Part shown: in pieces, positions 9,949 through 19,673 of the stretch
Layout of the letters: every line of letters begins with the position of its first letter
How positions within the stretch are numbered: position 1 is the first letter of the stretch
DNA from: Candidatus Acetothermia bacterium
GTDB taxonomy: Bacteria; Bipolaricaulota; Bipolaricaulia; RBG-16-55-9; JANLFV01
DNA: 64,000 nt
Assembly: GCA_024653345.1 (NCBI GenBank)
Contig: JANLFV010000001.1
Location: forward strand, 84,387-148,386
Direction: 5' to 3'
The notes under the pieces: generated by a model
Databases searched by the model: none
The model's input: only the letters and a program-made list of their open reading frames with translations
Told to the model about the DNA's origin: nothing
Made by a program: the position numbers and the translations under genes

Positions 9949-10890
9949 TCAGTTGTGATAGACCTTCCCCTGGAGGCGGTAGTCTCCGCTCGCCGACCTG
10001 ATGTAGGCCGCCTTGACGCAGGCCGCCTTCTCCTCGCTCGCCTGAACGAGGAAGGTGAACTCCGGGCCGACGGGGGCCGCGACCTTCGCCTCGCCTCTCT
10101 CGAGGATCGCGCTGAGGTAGAGGTAGTTCGGGGCGGTCACCAGGGCCAGGAGCGCGGGCCCGAGCAAGCTCACCGCCAGGCTACCGAGGCCGGCCTCCTT
10201 CACCGCAAAGGCGCCGGGAAGCTCGATGATCGTCGCTCCTGAGCCGACGGCGATGTCGAGCGCCCGCTGGGAGGGGAGCTTCTCGCAGTCGACAGAGACA
10301 TTGAAGCCGAAAGAGGCCCCCGGAACGGCGACCGGCGCCGCCGGCGGCTGGGGCGGAGTGATGAGCTGAAAGAGGAGGTAGAAGACGGAGGCCGGGGGAG
10401 CGAAGAGGCTGACCGATGTGACGACGAAGGCGGCGAGCTCCCCGGAGCGGCGACCGGCCAGGGTGATGACCACAGGGTTTCCATAGACGACGATCCCGTA
10501 TTCCCCGGCGAAGTCCCTCCCTCGAAGGAGTACCCCCTCAGGGACGGTGATCGTTCCATAGACGATGTGCGAAGGCTGCCCCAGTGGGAGGGTCATGAGG
10601 CTCCAGGCATCCTGGAAGATCGTCCCGACGAGGCCGGTCGAGGAGCGGACCTCGCCGATTGGCACTCCCTTATCGAACTCCGCGGCCAGGGCCGCACCCG
10701 GCCTCAGGCCAGTCCTGCTCGTGAACTCCTGCTCTCGCTCGCCGAAGCCTGGGTCGTCGGGAAAGAGGACCGTCATGCCCGCGCTGACCGAGACGGTCTG
10801 AGCCGGGGCTTCCGTTTCGAGCCCGCCGGTGCCGATCAAGACCATCAGCGAGAGGAGACCTGCTGCTATGACCAGGCGCTTTCGCATCAA
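9949..10890 (-). CDS. Hypothetical secreted protein.
   Basis: Clear signal peptide MMRKRLVIAAGLLSLMVLIGTGG. No recognisable domain. Convergent with the upstream phytase-like gene. Confidence 0.4.
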   Translation of the reverse strand: MMRKRLVIAAGLLSLMVLIGTGGLETEAPAQTVSVSAGMTVLFPDDPGFGEREQEFTSRTGLRPGAALAAEFDKGVPIGEVRSSTGLVGTIFQDAWSLMTLPLGQPSHIVYGTITVPEGVLLRGRDFAGEYGIVVYGNPVVITLAGRRSGELAAFVVTSVSLFAPPASVFYLLFQLITPPQPPAAPVAVPGASFGFNVSVDCEKLPSQRALDIAVGSGATIIELPGAFAVKEAGLGSLAVSLLGPALLALVTAPNYLYLSAILERGEAKVAAPVGPEFTFLVQASEEKAACVKAAYIRSASGDYRLQGKVYHN

Positions 10891-11076
10891 GACATCACCT
10901 CAGCTAATTCTACCACAGCGCGAGCAGGGAAGGCTTTCGCACCTCGGGATCACGAGCTCCTTGATCAATCCGACGGGGCGCGATCGGCCCCTCGCTGCCG
11001 CAGCGCCAATTAGCCCGTTGGGGAAGCAGCCGCCGCGCGATTGCAGGGGATTGTTGGGCCATGTTAAGCTAGAACC

Positions 11077-11808
11077 GTGAGCGCGGCAGCAGACCCGCGG
11101 CGTCCGCCAGACGCTGAGCACCCCAAGGTCTCCATCGTCATCCCCGCCCGGAACGAGGGCGGGGAGATCGAGGCGTGCCTGAAGAGCCTGATGGCCCAGA
11201 GGTTTCGCGACTTCGAGATCCTGGTAGTGGACAACGGCTCGACTGACGATACTGAGGCGATCGCCCGCCGCTACGGCTGCCGCGTGGTCCACGAGGCCCG
11301 GCCGGGGGTGGCCTTCGCCCGGCAGCGCGGGTTTGAAGCGGCCCGCGGGGAGATCATCGCCTCGACCGACGCCGATACGACCCTCCCGCCGGACTGGCTG
11401 GAGCTGATCGTCCGCTCCTTCGGGGAAAACCCCGACCAGGTCGGAGTCTTCGGGAAGATCCTCCTCCGCGGGCGGCAGGGGTTCGGGCAGTGGCTGGCGG
11501 AGTTCCTCTTTACGCTCTTCCTCAGGCTGAACTCCCTCCTCGGCCGGCCGCACTTCTGCGGCCCGAACTTCGCTGTCCGGCGGACGGCCTTCCACCGCGT
11601 CGGGGGCTTCAAGAATGGTGACCGGTTCTACACCGCCTCCGAAGACCTCCAGCTCTCCCTCAAGCTCGCCCGGGAGGGCTACATCCTCTTCCACCGAGAG
11701 CTCGTGGCCTACTCCTCCTCGCGGAAGCTGAGCGGCGGCTCGCTCCGCTACATCTGGGAGCACACCAAGAACTACTGGTCGGTCGCCTGGCTCCGCCGGA
11801 CGAGATGA
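11077..11808 (+). CDS. Family 2 glycosyltransferase (GT-A fold); GTG start.
   Basis: VSIVIPARNEG...ILVVDNGSTDDT...STDADT motifs, including a DxD-like DAD. Confidence 0.8.
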   Translation: MSAAADPRRPPDAEHPKVSIVIPARNEGGEIEACLKSLMAQRFRDFEILVVDNGSTDDTEAIARRYGCRVVHEARPGVAFARQRGFEAARGEIIASTDADTTLPPDWLELIVRSFGENPDQVGVFGKILLRGRQGFGQWLAEFLFTLFLRLNSLLGRPHFCGPNFAVRRTAFHRVGGFKNGDRFYTASEDLQLSLKLAREGYILFHRELVAYSSSRKLSGGSLRYIWEHTKNYWSVAWLRRTR

Positions 11809-12476
11809 TTGCCCTCCTCCTGAAGATAGTCGGCCTCTTCGTCTTCCTGCCGATGGAGCTGATCGCCAGGTCAGTCCGGCTCGAGGTCCAGGGGCGGGAG
11901 CACATCCCGGAAGGGGGCTACATCCTCTGCCCGACCCATGTGGGGGAGCTCGACCCTTATTTCGTCCGTCGCGCTCTCGGGGAGCGGTGGGCCTTCAAGG
12001 GGCGGAATCGGTTCCTCTTCCGGCTCGAGTTCGGCCTCTGGGTCCGACGGCTCTTCCTCGCCTACTGGGGCGGCTGGATTCTCGAGGAGTCTGGCCCGAA
12101 CCTTCCGGCCCTCCGCGGGGCCTTGGCCTGGCTAGCCCGCGAGCGGCCGGTGACGATCTTCCCCGAAGGGCACCAGCACGGCCAAGGGCTGATCTACAGC
12201 GGCGCGGCCTTCCTCGCCTGCCGCTCGGGCAAGCCCCTCCTGCCGCTAGTCATCGACCGCGGGGTCTTCGTCGGGGAGGGAACGCCTTTCTATGTTTTCC
12301 CCTTTCTCGTGCTCCGCCGCTATCGCCGCGCGGCACCGCGAGTCAAGCTCACCTTCCTCGAGCCGCTCCGCCCTGATCTCGAGCGGTATCGCCGTGAGGG
12401 GCGGGAGTATCTCCAGTCCCTCTCCAGGGAGTTGGGCCGAAGGCTCTTCGGCCAGGAGCTGGAGGTGGTCGGATGA
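11805..12476 (+). CDS. Lysophospholipid acyltransferase (PlsC/LPLAT family).
   Basis: HX4D motif in CPTHVGELDP and a later FPEG motif. Its ATG overlaps the stop of the glycosyltransferase gene. Confidence 0.7.
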   Translation: MIALLLKIVGLFVFLPMELIARSVRLEVQGREHIPEGGYILCPTHVGELDPYFVRRALGERWAFKGRNRFLFRLEFGLWVRRLFLAYWGGWILEESGPNLPALRGALAWLARERPVTIFPEGHQHGQGLIYSGAAFLACRSGKPLLPLVIDRGVFVGEGTPFYVFPFLVLRRYRRAAPRVKLTFLEPLRPDLERYRREGREYLQSLSRELGRRLFGQELEVVG

Positions 12477-12577
12477 TCAGGATTCCTGCGGGTGGAGTTG
12501 CCCGGCTCGAGCGCATTTGGTATGGTTGAGTTCACTTCAGCGATCTAGAGGAGACCGTCCGTAGGCAGGCTCGGGCT

Positions 12578-14215
12578 GTGAATAAGGTGGCAGTCTTCGC
12601 GCTGGACGGGGCGACCTTTGCGGTCATCCGTCCGGCTGTGGAGCAGGGTGAGCTCCCTCATCTTGGGGCGCTCCTGGAGAAGGGCGCTTCGGGCGAGCTG
12701 GAGAGCACGATCCCTCCCATCACCGGGGCGGCTTGGACGACCTTCCAGACGGGGGTCAACCCGGGGAGGCATGGGGCCTTCGATTGGCTGACCCGTGAGG
12801 AGGGGAGCTATCGCCTCCGGCCGATCAGCTCGCAGATGCTCCGCCAGCCCCGCCTCTGGGACTTCATCGGGCAGCAGGGCGGGAGGGTCTGCGTCCTCGG
12901 CGTGCCCGTCACCTACCCGCCGCGGGCCGTCAACGGCTGCCTCATCTCGGGAATCCTCACCCCCGAGGGGGCAGACTATACCTATCCCCCGGAGTTGGGC
13001 CGCGAGCTGGAGGCGCGCGTGGGGAAGTTCCCCTTCCAGCCGGAGCACTGGCGGGGCCGCTCCCGGGCTCGAGAGTGGCTGGCAGAGCTCAAGCGGACGA
13101 TCGAAGCGCGGAAGAAGATCGCCCAGTATCTGCTGCGCAGGACTGACTGGGACTTTTTTATGCTCCACCTCATGGAGCTCGACTCGGTCCAACACCAGAT
13201 GTGGCACCTCCGGGACGGGGTCACAAGGCCTCGGTATAGGGTTAGCGTCGAGGGAGACCCGATCCTCGAGATCTACCGCGCCGCTGACCTGGCGCTCGGG
13301 GAGTTGATGGCTGAACTGCCTCGCGGGACAACCGTGTTCGTCATCTCCGATCACGGCTTCGGGCCGCTGCATTGGAACATCTACCTCAATACATGGCTCC
13401 TCGAGGAGGGCTATCTCGTCCTCAAGCGGGGGTTGAGGACCGGTTTGAAGCGGGCGGCCTTCCGGCTCGGGCTGACTCAAGAGAGGCTCTTCCCCTGGGC
13501 TGAGCGGCTCCGGCTCTTGGAGCGGGGGGCCCAGCTCCGCCACGGCCAGCTTCACGATCTGCTCGGGCGGTTCTTCCTCTCCCTCGAGGATGTGGATTGG
13601 CAGCGGACTAGGGCCTATTCGTATGGCAACATCGGCCAGATCTATCTCAACCGGCGGGGGCGGGAGCCCGAGGGAGTTGTGCAAGAGGCGGAGGCCGAGG
13701 AGCTGATCGAGGAACTGCTGGGGAAGCTAAGAAAGCTCGCTAATCCCTATACCGGTGAGCCGGTGATCGAGCGGCTCTATCGGAAGGAAGAGCTCTATTC
13801 CGGAGAGAGCCTGGCTCAGGCAGCGGAGATCCTCCTTCTCCCCCGGCGGGGATGCATGATCTTAGGGACGACCGACTTCGCCGCAGCGCGGGTTGTGGCG
13901 CCCACCTTCGCCGGCTCGGGGTGGCATGAGCTCCTCGGGGTCCTCATCGCCGCGGGCGAGGGGCTGGCCCGGGGCCAGGTTGAGGGGGCCCGCCTGCTCG
14001 ACATGTGCCCGACGATCCTCTATGCGATGGGCCTGCGCATCCCCCGTGGCCTGGACGGGCGCGTGCTGGAGGAGCTCTTCCGCGAGGATTATCGGCGGAG
14101 CCAGCCGCTGGAGTGGTTTGCGGAGGAGGTAGAACTTGCCCTCGAGGTCGAGGAGGAGGGCGAGGGATGGGAGGAGGAGGCCCGGCGACGGCTCCAGGAT
14201 CTCGGCTACATCTGA
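12578..14215 (+). CDS. Alkaline-phosphatase-superfamily enzyme (type I phosphodiesterase/nucleotide pyrophosphatase family).
   Basis: N-terminal FALDGATF and the nucleophile region STIPPITGAAWTTFQTGVNPGRHG. Later DHGFGP metal-ligand motif. 545 aa. Confidence 0.65.
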   Translation: MNKVAVFALDGATFAVIRPAVEQGELPHLGALLEKGASGELESTIPPITGAAWTTFQTGVNPGRHGAFDWLTREEGSYRLRPISSQMLRQPRLWDFIGQQGGRVCVLGVPVTYPPRAVNGCLISGILTPEGADYTYPPELGRELEARVGKFPFQPEHWRGRSRAREWLAELKRTIEARKKIAQYLLRRTDWDFFMLHLMELDSVQHQMWHLRDGVTRPRYRVSVEGDPILEIYRAADLALGELMAELPRGTTVFVISDHGFGPLHWNIYLNTWLLEEGYLVLKRGLRTGLKRAAFRLGLTQERLFPWAERLRLLERGAQLRHGQLHDLLGRFFLSLEDVDWQRTRAYSYGNIGQIYLNRRGREPEGVVQEAEAEELIEELLGKLRKLANPYTGEPVIERLYRKEELYSGESLAQAAEILLLPRRGCMILGTTDFAAARVVAPTFAGSGWHELLGVLIAAGEGLARGQVEGARLLDMCPTILYAMGLRIPRGLDGRVLEELFREDYRRSQPLEWFAEEVELALEVEEEGEGWEEEARRRLQDLGYI

Positions 14216-14224
14216 GGTAGCGCT

Positions 14225-15232
14225 GTGAAGACAGTGGCCCTGGTCGCCTCGGTGATCGTCGGCCTGGGGATCCTTGCGGCGATCCTCTACTATGTCGGCT
14301 GGCAAGGGATCGCGCGCGAGATCTACCAGCTCGGCTGGCTCGGCTGCCTCGCCCTGGCCGGTAACTACCTCCTCACCTTCTTCTTCTGGGGCCTCACCTG
14401 GCGGATCATCCTGAGATCCTACGAGATCGACGCCCCCTGGCGCGCGGTCCTGCGGGCCCTCGTGAGCGGCTACACCGTGAGCTATCTCACCCCCTCGATG
14501 TATTTCGGCGGGGAGCCGGTCCGGGTCTATGTCTTCTCCAAGGAGATCGGCCTCCCCCAGCCCCGCCTCTACGCCACGGTCTTTGTGACCAAGCTCCTGG
14601 AGGCGGTCAGCTTGATCCTCTTCGTCCTCCTCGGCGTCTTCTACGCGCTCTTCGCCGGGGGGAACCTCTCGGAGATCCAGCGCCAGTCGCTCTTCTACGG
14701 CGCGATCATCTTCAGCTTCTGGGTCTTCTTGGGCGTCTTGAACTTCACCCTGAACCTCGGGCTGGCAACGCGCCTGCTCCGGGGGCTCCGCCGCCTCCTC
14801 CCCTGGAAGGGGCTCCTCGTCAAGGCCGAGGAGAAGGTAGCGGAGGTCGAACGGGAGATCAGGCAGGCCTTCCATCAGGGCTCCAAGCTCCCCGCCACGG
14901 CCCTAGCGCTGCTCACGAGCTTCGCCGCCAACTTGCTCATCTACCTCCGCCCGCAGATCTTCTTCTACTTCACCCAGGAGAGGCTCTTCTCGCTCGCCAA
15001 CCTCTCCCTCGTCTACGCCCTCTCGGTTATCGTGGCCTCCCTCTTCTGGATCACTCCCGGAGGGATCGGGATCGCCGAGGGCGGCTGGATCGGGATCCTC
15101 ACGCTCGTAGGGATCGGGAAGGCAGGAGCGGTGGCCTTCGCCCTGATCCTGAAAGGCTTCGAGTTGACCTTCGTCATCGTGGGGATATCATTATTGATGG
15201 AGTTCGGCGTGCACCGTCGCTGGAGGAGGTGA
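14225..15232 (+). CDS. Integral membrane protein of the lysylphosphatidylglycerol-synthase TM-region / flippase-like family (UPF0104).
   Basis: About 8 TM helices with the conserved GGxxxxxEG-like segment (PGGIGIAEGGWIG). This family is typically found beside GT2 genes. Confidence 0.6.
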   Translation: MKTVALVASVIVGLGILAAILYYVGWQGIAREIYQLGWLGCLALAGNYLLTFFFWGLTWRIILRSYEIDAPWRAVLRALVSGYTVSYLTPSMYFGGEPVRVYVFSKEIGLPQPRLYATVFVTKLLEAVSLILFVLLGVFYALFAGGNLSEIQRQSLFYGAIIFSFWVFLGVLNFTLNLGLATRLLRGLRRLLPWKGLLVKAEEKVAEVEREIRQAFHQGSKLPATALALLTSFAANLLIYLRPQIFFYFTQERLFSLANLSLVYALSVIVASLFWITPGGIGIAEGGWIGILTLVGIGKAGAVAFALILKGFELTFVIVGISLLMEFGVHRRWRR

Positions 15233-15236
15233 GGCG

Positions 15237-16172
15237 ATGGCCCGATCTATCTTGGCAGCTCTCGTCCTGCTCCTGGCCCTCTCCGGGTTGGCAAGAGCCG
15301 ACTCGCTGACCGTAATCCTGAACGGTGGCGAGGGCGGGGAGAGCCTACTGTGCGGACTAGCCCAGGACTCCTTCCTGATGGAGTATCGTCTGGCGTTCGC
15401 TAGCCCCGGGCTCAGGGAGATCGAGCTCGGCCTCCGCCCGCCGCTGGCCCCCATCCGCCGCTTGGGCATGGAGTTTCAGCCCTACCTGATGGTCAACCCC
15501 GCCCGGGGCTTGACCGCCGGCCTCTTCGCCGAGAGGATAGAGCTCTCGGGCCTGGCCTACCTGGCGACGCTGACGGACTTGGCCTTCTCCAACCGGGGCG
15601 TGATGTTCTTCCTCAAGGGCGAGTATGCCGTGGGGAACATCGGCCTCCGCGGCCACCTCCAGCTCGACTGGGGCCGGCTGGCCGTCCAGCCCTGGGCGGG
15701 GAGGCTGAAAGAGCCATACTTCCCGGAATGGGCCCTCCTCACCACCGCCAGCCGTCGCTCCGGCTACCTCCCCAACTCCAACCTCTACATAGAGATCCGC
15801 AGAAGGTTCTCCACCAATCTGACGCTCTCCGAGGGCTTCGCCACCCCGCTCGGCAGCTCGCAGCTCGTCCCGGCCATCTTGCTGAACGCCGAGGTGGGGA
15901 GCTTGGCTCTCCGCCTCCTCCGCCAATTCCCCCAAGAGCTAGGGGAGGCCTTTACCCTGATCTCGCTCGGCTTCCGCCAGGGAGTCCTCTACACCCCGGA
16001 GCAGAAAAGAGCGGCGATCGTCCAGCTCGACCTCCAGTTCCGCTGGTTCCCCCAACGGGTGGAGGTCGATCTCCTCTCGAGCTACACCACCGCGGAGTTC
16101 GCCATCCAGAGCGAGAGCCACCTGACCTCGGAGGGCCTCTCCTACAGCCTCAGCCTCGAGGTGGGCTTCTGA
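15237..16172 (+). CDS. Hypothetical secreted protein, possibly an outer-membrane beta-barrel.
   Basis: Signal peptide MARSILAALVLLLALSGLARA. Alternating hydrophobic pattern and a C-terminal ...SLEVGF ending in Phe. Confidence 0.4.
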   Translation: MARSILAALVLLLALSGLARADSLTVILNGGEGGESLLCGLAQDSFLMEYRLAFASPGLREIELGLRPPLAPIRRLGMEFQPYLMVNPARGLTAGLFAERIELSGLAYLATLTDLAFSNRGVMFFLKGEYAVGNIGLRGHLQLDWGRLAVQPWAGRLKEPYFPEWALLTTASRRSGYLPNSNLYIEIRRRFSTNLTLSEGFATPLGSSQLVPAILLNAEVGSLALRLLRQFPQELGEAFTLISLGFRQGVLYTPEQKRAAIVQLDLQFRWFPQRVEVDLLSSYTTAEFAIQSESHLTSEGLSYSLSLEVGF

Positions 16173-16173
16173 G

Positions 16174-17010
16174 TCAGGGCGCGAGCCGCCTCAGAGTGAG
16201 GAGGCTCCACATCCCGCCGAGGAGTCCGATCAGCAGGCCGAAGCCGATGGAGAGAAGCGCTAGGGCGAGGACGGTCTGGGGCTCCAGCAGGCCGGGGAAC
16301 GAGCGGTAGAGCGCTTCCGTGTGGACCCGCCCCCAGTTGTGGGTGAGATAGAGCCCGAGGGTGAGGAGCAGTCCTCCTCCCAGGCCCAGGAGGGCGGCCA
16401 GGAGGACGAACGGCCTTCCCATCGTCTTTCTCGCCACTCCGGAGAGGTGAAGAAGCCGGAGCTCGCCGCTGAAGCTGGTGATCAACGCTCGGAGCGCGGC
16501 GCGGAGGCGAATGAGCGCGAGTAGCCCGAGCACGACAATGAGGGCGAGGAGGGGCCAGCGGAGCCGGCCGAGGGTGCGGAAGAAGCCCTCGAGCGCGCCG
16601 CGATCGTAAGAGATCACCGAGGCGACGCCCGGCAACTTCTCCAATCTCTCCTTGACGCTCGCGACCTCCCCCGGGTCGCGGAGCTGGACGCGAAAGAGGT
16701 CCCCGGCTAGATCGGGCAGGGAGAGCTTCACCAGCCCGGCCCGCACCTCTTCACCGAAGATGAACCTCACCTGGGCCACCTCCTCCCACTCGCGGATCTC
16801 CAGGTAGAGCTGGTCGATCTTGCTCGGCAGGAGGCCGGGAGTGAGAGGGACGAGAAGCTCGCCTCCCGCCACCTCCTCGAGGCCCCTCCCAGCAAGGATG
16901 AACAGGTCGAGCAGGGCCAGGAACAGGACGAGCAGAAGCCAGGCGACCAGGAGCGAGCCGAGCCCCTTCCTGCGCAACAGCCGGAGAAGCTCTTGCAAGA
17001 GGCTGATCAT
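16174..17010 (-). CDS. ftsX: FtsX-like permease.
   Basis: Four predicted TM segments with a large extracytoplasmic loop after TM1. Lies immediately downstream of the FtsE-like ATPase gene, which it overlaps. Confidence 0.6.
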   Translation of the reverse strand: MISLLQELLRLLRRKGLGSLLVAWLLLVLFLALLDLFILAGRGLEEVAGGELLVPLTPGLLPSKIDQLYLEIREWEEVAQVRFIFGEEVRAGLVKLSLPDLAGDLFRVQLRDPGEVASVKERLEKLPGVASVISYDRGALEGFFRTLGRLRWPLLALIVVLGLLALIRLRAALRALITSFSGELRLLHLSGVARKTMGRPFVLLAALLGLGGGLLLTLGLYLTHNWGRVHTEALYRSFPGLLEPQTVLALALLSIGFGLLIGLLGGMWSLLTLRRLAP

Positions 17011-17678
17011 CTTCTCTCCTCTAAGCGGCCATCCTTAAAGAGGACGAGCCGGGGGCCGAAGGTTGCGGCCGGCCCCGCTTCCTCGGCCGTGACCAGCATG
17101 GTCAGTCTCCGCTGGTCGTGGAGGCGATCGAGGAGCTTCAGGATCGTGAGAACCCCCTCCTCATCGAGCCCCCGATAGGGCTCGTCCGCGAGGAGGAGGA
17201 TCGGATCATTGCAGACCGCCAGGGCGAGCTTGGCTTGAGCCTGCTCCAGGAGGCTCAACTCCTGCGGCGGGCGGCCCGCGAGGTCGCTCAACTGGAGGGC
17301 CTGCAGTGTCTCCAGGCTCTTCTGCTCAGCCTCATCCTGAGGCGAGCCGAGCGCCCGGAGCTTGAGGACCAGGCTCGCCATCACTGTCGGCTGATTGAGG
17401 TTGAGCGGCTGGTCCGGGACGATCCCCATGCTCCGGCGGAGCTCATAGAGCCGCGCGGGGCTCAGGCGGGTCACATTCCGCTCATCCACGAGGATCTGGC
17501 CCCGTCGCGGCCGGAGCTCCCCCCAGAGGAGCTTGAGGAAGACGGTCTTCCCCGCCCCGGGCTGGCCGAGGAGCATGAGCCACTCCCCCCACTCCACCCG
17601 GAGATGGACATCCTCGAAGACTGCTCGGCCCTCGTCGGTGTAGAAGCTCAGCTCTGAGACCTCGATCATCAGGGTCAT
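17007..17678 (-). CDS. ftsE: Cell-division ABC ATPase FtsE.
   Basis: Walker A GQPGAGKT, signature and Walker B LLLADEP. 223 aa, a typical FtsE size. Confidence 0.8.
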   Translation of the reverse strand: MTLMIEVSELSFYTDEGRAVFEDVHLRVEWGEWLMLLGQPGAGKTVFLKLLWGELRPRRGQILVDERNVTRLSPARLYELRRSMGIVPDQPLNLNQPTVMASLVLKLRALGSPQDEAEQKSLETLQALQLSDLAGRPPQELSLLEQAQAKLALAVCNDPILLLADEPYRGLDEEGVLTILKLLDRLHDQRRLTMLVTAEEAGPAATFGPRLVLFKDGRLEERR

Positions 17679-18547
17679 CGCGCCCTCCTCACCGCCCGGA
17701 AGAACCGCTCTCGCCCGCTAAGGTCGGGAAGAACCTCCATCCGTTCGTATGCCCCCGAGGCGAGGGCCAGACTGCGCACGCGCGCTCCCTGGCTCGCGCC
17801 GATCTCGAGATAGAGCCCTCCCCCAGCCTTGAGATACGGCGGCGCCTCGGTGACGATCCGTCGGAGAGCCTCCAGGCCCTCCTCGCCGCCGTCCCAGGCC
17901 GAGCGGGGCTCATGCTCCCGCACCTCGCGGGGGAGGCTCCGGGCCTCATCTCGACTGACATATGGCGGATTCGCCACGATCAAGTCAAATCGGCCCTCGA
18001 CGGCGGCGAACCAGTCCGATTGAATGAGGGCAATCCGCGACGCCACCCCGTTGCGGGCCGCATTCTCCCTTGCCAGAGCCAGGGCCGGGGTGGAGATGTC
18101 GGCGGCCGTGATCTCCCCTCGGGGAAGGGAGTGAGCGAGCGCGATGGCGATCGCCCCTGAGCCGGTCCCCAGCTCCAGAAGCTTCAACCCCGCCTCCGCT
18201 AGCGAGCCCAGGTCGCGGAGGATCAACTCCACGAGTTGCTCCGTCTCCGGTCGGGGGATGAGCGCCCGGCCGTCGACCCGCAGTGGGAGGCCCATGAACT
18301 CCACCTCGCCGAGGAGGTATTGGAGCGGGACGCCAGCATGGCGCTGCCTGATCAGCTCCCGGTAGCGAGCCCGCTCCTCCGCGGTCAGAGCCCGCTCCGG
18401 CTGGAGATAGAGCATGAGCCGCTCCACTCCCAGAACATGGGCGAGGAGCTCCTCAGCCTCGAAGCAGGCCCGCTCGACTCCGCCTCGCCTCAGGTAATCG
18501 CCCGTCCAGCCGAGGACCCGCCTCACCGTCCACTCGCCTTCCATCAC
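17675..18547 (-). CDS. prmC: Release-factor glutamine N5-methyltransferase PrmC (HemK).
   Basis: IVANPPY catalytic motif and the SAM-binding LELGTGSGAIAIAL region. Confidence 0.85.
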   Translation of the reverse strand: MMEGEWTVRRVLGWTGDYLRRGGVERACFEAEELLAHVLGVERLMLYLQPERALTAEERARYRELIRQRHAGVPLQYLLGEVEFMGLPLRVDGRALIPRPETEQLVELILRDLGSLAEAGLKLLELGTGSGAIAIALAHSLPRGEITAADISTPALALARENAARNGVASRIALIQSDWFAAVEGRFDLIVANPPYVSRDEARSLPREVREHEPRSAWDGGEEGLEALRRIVTEAPPYLKAGGGLYLEIGASQGARVRSLALASGAYERMEVLPDLSGRERFFRAVRRAR

Positions 18548-18638
18548 CTCCCGAGGTTAGCAAAGCGATTGTAAAGGTGTCAACCATTTGGTATGATGCA
18601 GCCGAAGGTATCTGCCCCTCAACTGAGGGGAGGGAGGC

Positions 18639-19673
18639 TTGACGGTGAAGGCGGGATTTTACGGCATTTTCTTGGCCCTGGGAGCTCTCATCTCTTGGGC
18701 GGCGCGGCTCGCCCCGCCCCTCTTCGGCCTGGAGAGCTGGGAGGTGAGCCTCATCTTCGGCAGCCTGGGCGGGCTGGCGATCGCCGGGGTCATCGACGGG
18801 ACCGCGGCGCTGGTCGAACGACACCTGGCCCACGGGGGTGGGCGGAATCTCCTCAGTGGCGCGGCGCTCGCCCTGATCGGGAGCCTGATCGGTGTCGTGC
18901 TCTACCTCATCCTTGAGCTGATCGCGCCCCCCAGCCGCTTCCTCGGCCTGGCCGAGGGGCTGATCATCCTCTTCCTCGCGATCCTCGGGGGCCGGATCGG
19001 CTACCTCCGGCCGGCACCGCTCCTCCGAATCCTCCAGGGGCGGGCCGAAGTGAGCACGGCCCCTCCGAAGCTCCTCGACACTTCGGTGATCATCGACGGT
19101 CGGATCGGGGACATCGTCAAGAGCGGCTTCATCGAGGGGAAGGTGATCATCCCCCAGTTCATCCTCGACGAGCTCCACAGCATCGCCGACTCCTCGGACA
19201 ACCTCCGGAGGCGGAAGGGCCGCCGCGGCCTGGACATCCTGGGCGAGCTGACCCGGAACCCGGAGATCGAGGTCGAGACGATGGAGCGGGACTCTCCCCG
19301 CCCGGTCGATGCCGACCGAGAACTGATCCAGCTGGCCAAGGAGCTCGGAGGGAAGATCATCACCACCGACTACAATCTGAACAAGGTCGCCAAGGTCGAG
19401 GGCGTGAGGGTGCTCAACATCAACGAACTGGCTAACTCCGTCAAGCCGCGCTTCCTCCCCGGCGAGGAGCTAGAAGTCGAGGTCCTTGATCGCGGGGAGG
19501 AGATCGGCCAAGGGGTCGGCTACCTCGACGACGGGACGATGGTCGTGGTGGAGAACGGCCGGCGGTTCATCGGGAAGAAGATCCAGGTGATCGTCAACTC
19601 CAGCCTCCAGACCGAGGCGGGGAAGATGCTCTTCGTCCGCCCGAAGGGTGAGCATCCCCGGCGATGGGACTAA
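18639..19673 (+). CDS. Membrane-anchored PIN/TRAM-domain protein (YacL-like).
   Basis: N-terminal TM helices, then a PIN domain (LLDTSVIIDGRI...) and a C-terminal TRAM-like beta-barrel. Located upstream of ispD, as in Bacillus yacL-ispD. Confidence 0.7.
   Translation: MTVKAGFYGIFLALGALISWAARLAPPLFGLESWEVSLIFGSLGGLAIAGVIDGTAALVERHLAHGGGRNLLSGAALALIGSLIGVVLYLILELIAPPSRFLGLAEGLIILFLAILGGRIGYLRPAPLLRILQGRAEVSTAPPKLLDTSVIIDGRIGDIVKSGFIEGKVIIPQFILDELHSIADSSDNLRRRKGRRGLDILGELTRNPEIEVETMERDSPRPVDADRELIQLAKELGGKIITTDYNLNKVAKVEGVRVLNINELANSVKPRFLPGEELEVEVLDRGEEIGQGVGYLDDGTMVVVENGRRFIGKKIQVIVNSSLQTEAGKMLFVRPKGEHPRRWD

Noticed and set aside
10900-11763. 287-aa antisense ORF opposite the GT2 glycosyltransferase
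   Set aside because: No domain features. The sense-strand GT2 motifs are unambiguous.
13862-14875. 337-aa antisense ORF over the AlkP-like and LPG-synthase-TM genes
   Set aside because: Glu/Asp/Pro-rich low-complexity product. It lies opposite two genes with strong family signatures.
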